From NCBI GenBank assembly GCA_012295275.1, contig CM022679.1:7626001-7690000 (forward strand): a stretch of DNA of 64,000 nucleotides. The letters run 5' to 3'. The position numbers were made by a program, and so were the translations under genes. Position 1 is the stretch's first letter; each line of letters starts with the position of its first letter. Of this stretch, positions 63,284-64,000 are shown in pieces. This DNA comes from Chrysomallon squamiferum. Its lineage: Eukaryota > Animalia > Mollusca. The notes below the pieces were generated by a model, which saw only the letters and a program-made list of their open reading frames with translations, was not told where the DNA came from and did not search any database.

Positions 63284-64000
63284 ATGAATGAAACGTTTCT
63301 AAACATCAGCAGAGAAGACGTCGGAGCCTTTCACACTCCTCATCAAAACCCGAGACTGATCAACGGCGTCGTCCTTGTGTTCGTTTCTGTCATCGGAATC
63401 GCGGGAAACTGTTTAGTTCTGTACATTCAGCACTTCAAGTGTAACCACAACACCTTCTCTCTGTTCGTCAAATCACTGGCCTGTCTGGACCTCTTCAACT
63501 GCGTGACCACGATACCGCTGGACATCACGATCAAAACAGTCCCCGATCTGACCACGATCAACATGGTTGCGGTGTGCAAGATTTCCCACTACATCGCCTA
63601 CGCCACCAGCATGTCGTCTGGCATGATTCTCTTCCTGATTGCTGTTCAGCGATACAAAAAAGTGTGCCAGCCTTTCAAAAACGACATTAATCTGAGAATG
63701 GCCAGAATCCTTTGTCTTCTGGCAGTCGCCGTTGGCGCGAGCATCAGCTCTCTGACGATTTTCGTGTCAGGTCCGGATAACGTTAGCGTTAAAGATGGAA
63801 ACGTAACCTTCGAGACTATTGTCTGTCGCGCAGAGAAAAGCACAAAAGGATCACCGTTAGCCGTTGCGTTCACGGTCATCCTTTACACGGCGTTCACTGC
63901 AGTGCTTCTGAGCGTTGCGGTCTTGTACTGTCAGATCCGCAGAAGACTTCTGAAACAAGCTAAAATGAAAGCTGTTTACCAGCAAACTGCCACGGACACG
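63284..64000 (+). CDS. Class A (rhodopsin-like) GPCR, intronless so far, truncated by window end after TM5
   Basis: Open frame MNETFLNIS...VIGIAGNCLV (TM1 GN), KSLACLDLF (TM2 LAxxD), VCKIS (C3.25), LIAVQRYKKVCQP (DRY position), ECL2 Cys, AVLYCQI (TM5 Y). N-glycosylation sequons NET/NIS. Alternative in-frame ATG at 63227. Splice-acceptor-like ttatttcag at 63113. Confidence 0.93.
   Translation, partial: MNETFLNISREDVGAFHTPHQNPRLINGVVLVFVSVIGIAGNCLVLYIQHFKCNHNTFSLFVKSLACLDLFNCVTTIPLDITIKTVPDLTTINMVAVCKISHYIAYATSMSSGMILFLIAVQRYKKVCQPFKNDINLRMARILCLLAVAVGASISSLTIFVSGPDNVSVKDGNVTFETIVCRAEKSTKGSPLAVAFTVILYTAFTAVLLSVAVLYCQIRRRLLKQAKMKAVYQQTATDT

Noticed and set aside
63646-63879. Minus-strand 77-aa ORF
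   Set aside because: Antisense shadow of the GPCR CDS.

Overview
AT-rich, microsatellite-laden animal genomic DNA. It is probably from a mollusc/gastropod, inferred from protein style and recalled repeat motifs but not verified. The centre holds a complete minus-strand TMEM94 (KIAA0195/ERMA, P-type-ATPase-like) gene that I assembled by hand into 29 phase-consistent coding exons (48169 down to 22498, 1347 aa). It has an ATG-only first coding exon and one GC-AG intron. An intronless class A GPCR ORF starts at 63284 and runs off the window. Two things stand out. (1) A locally amplified ~390-bp element (4 copies at 5.5-15.4 kb, one inverted) carries a perfect replication-dependent histone mRNA 3' stem-loop (GGCCCTTTTCAGGGCC-ACCC) with a TATA box ~105 nt upstream, but no histone coding sequence. 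It sits in a patchwork of template-switch-like duplications. (2) The 5.9-kb intron 11 of TMEM94 contains three candidate in-frame cassette/micro-exons (36/78, 48 and 24 nt), and the next intron holds a ~250-bp fold-back hairpin. Most ORFs in the supplied track are microsatellite artefacts.
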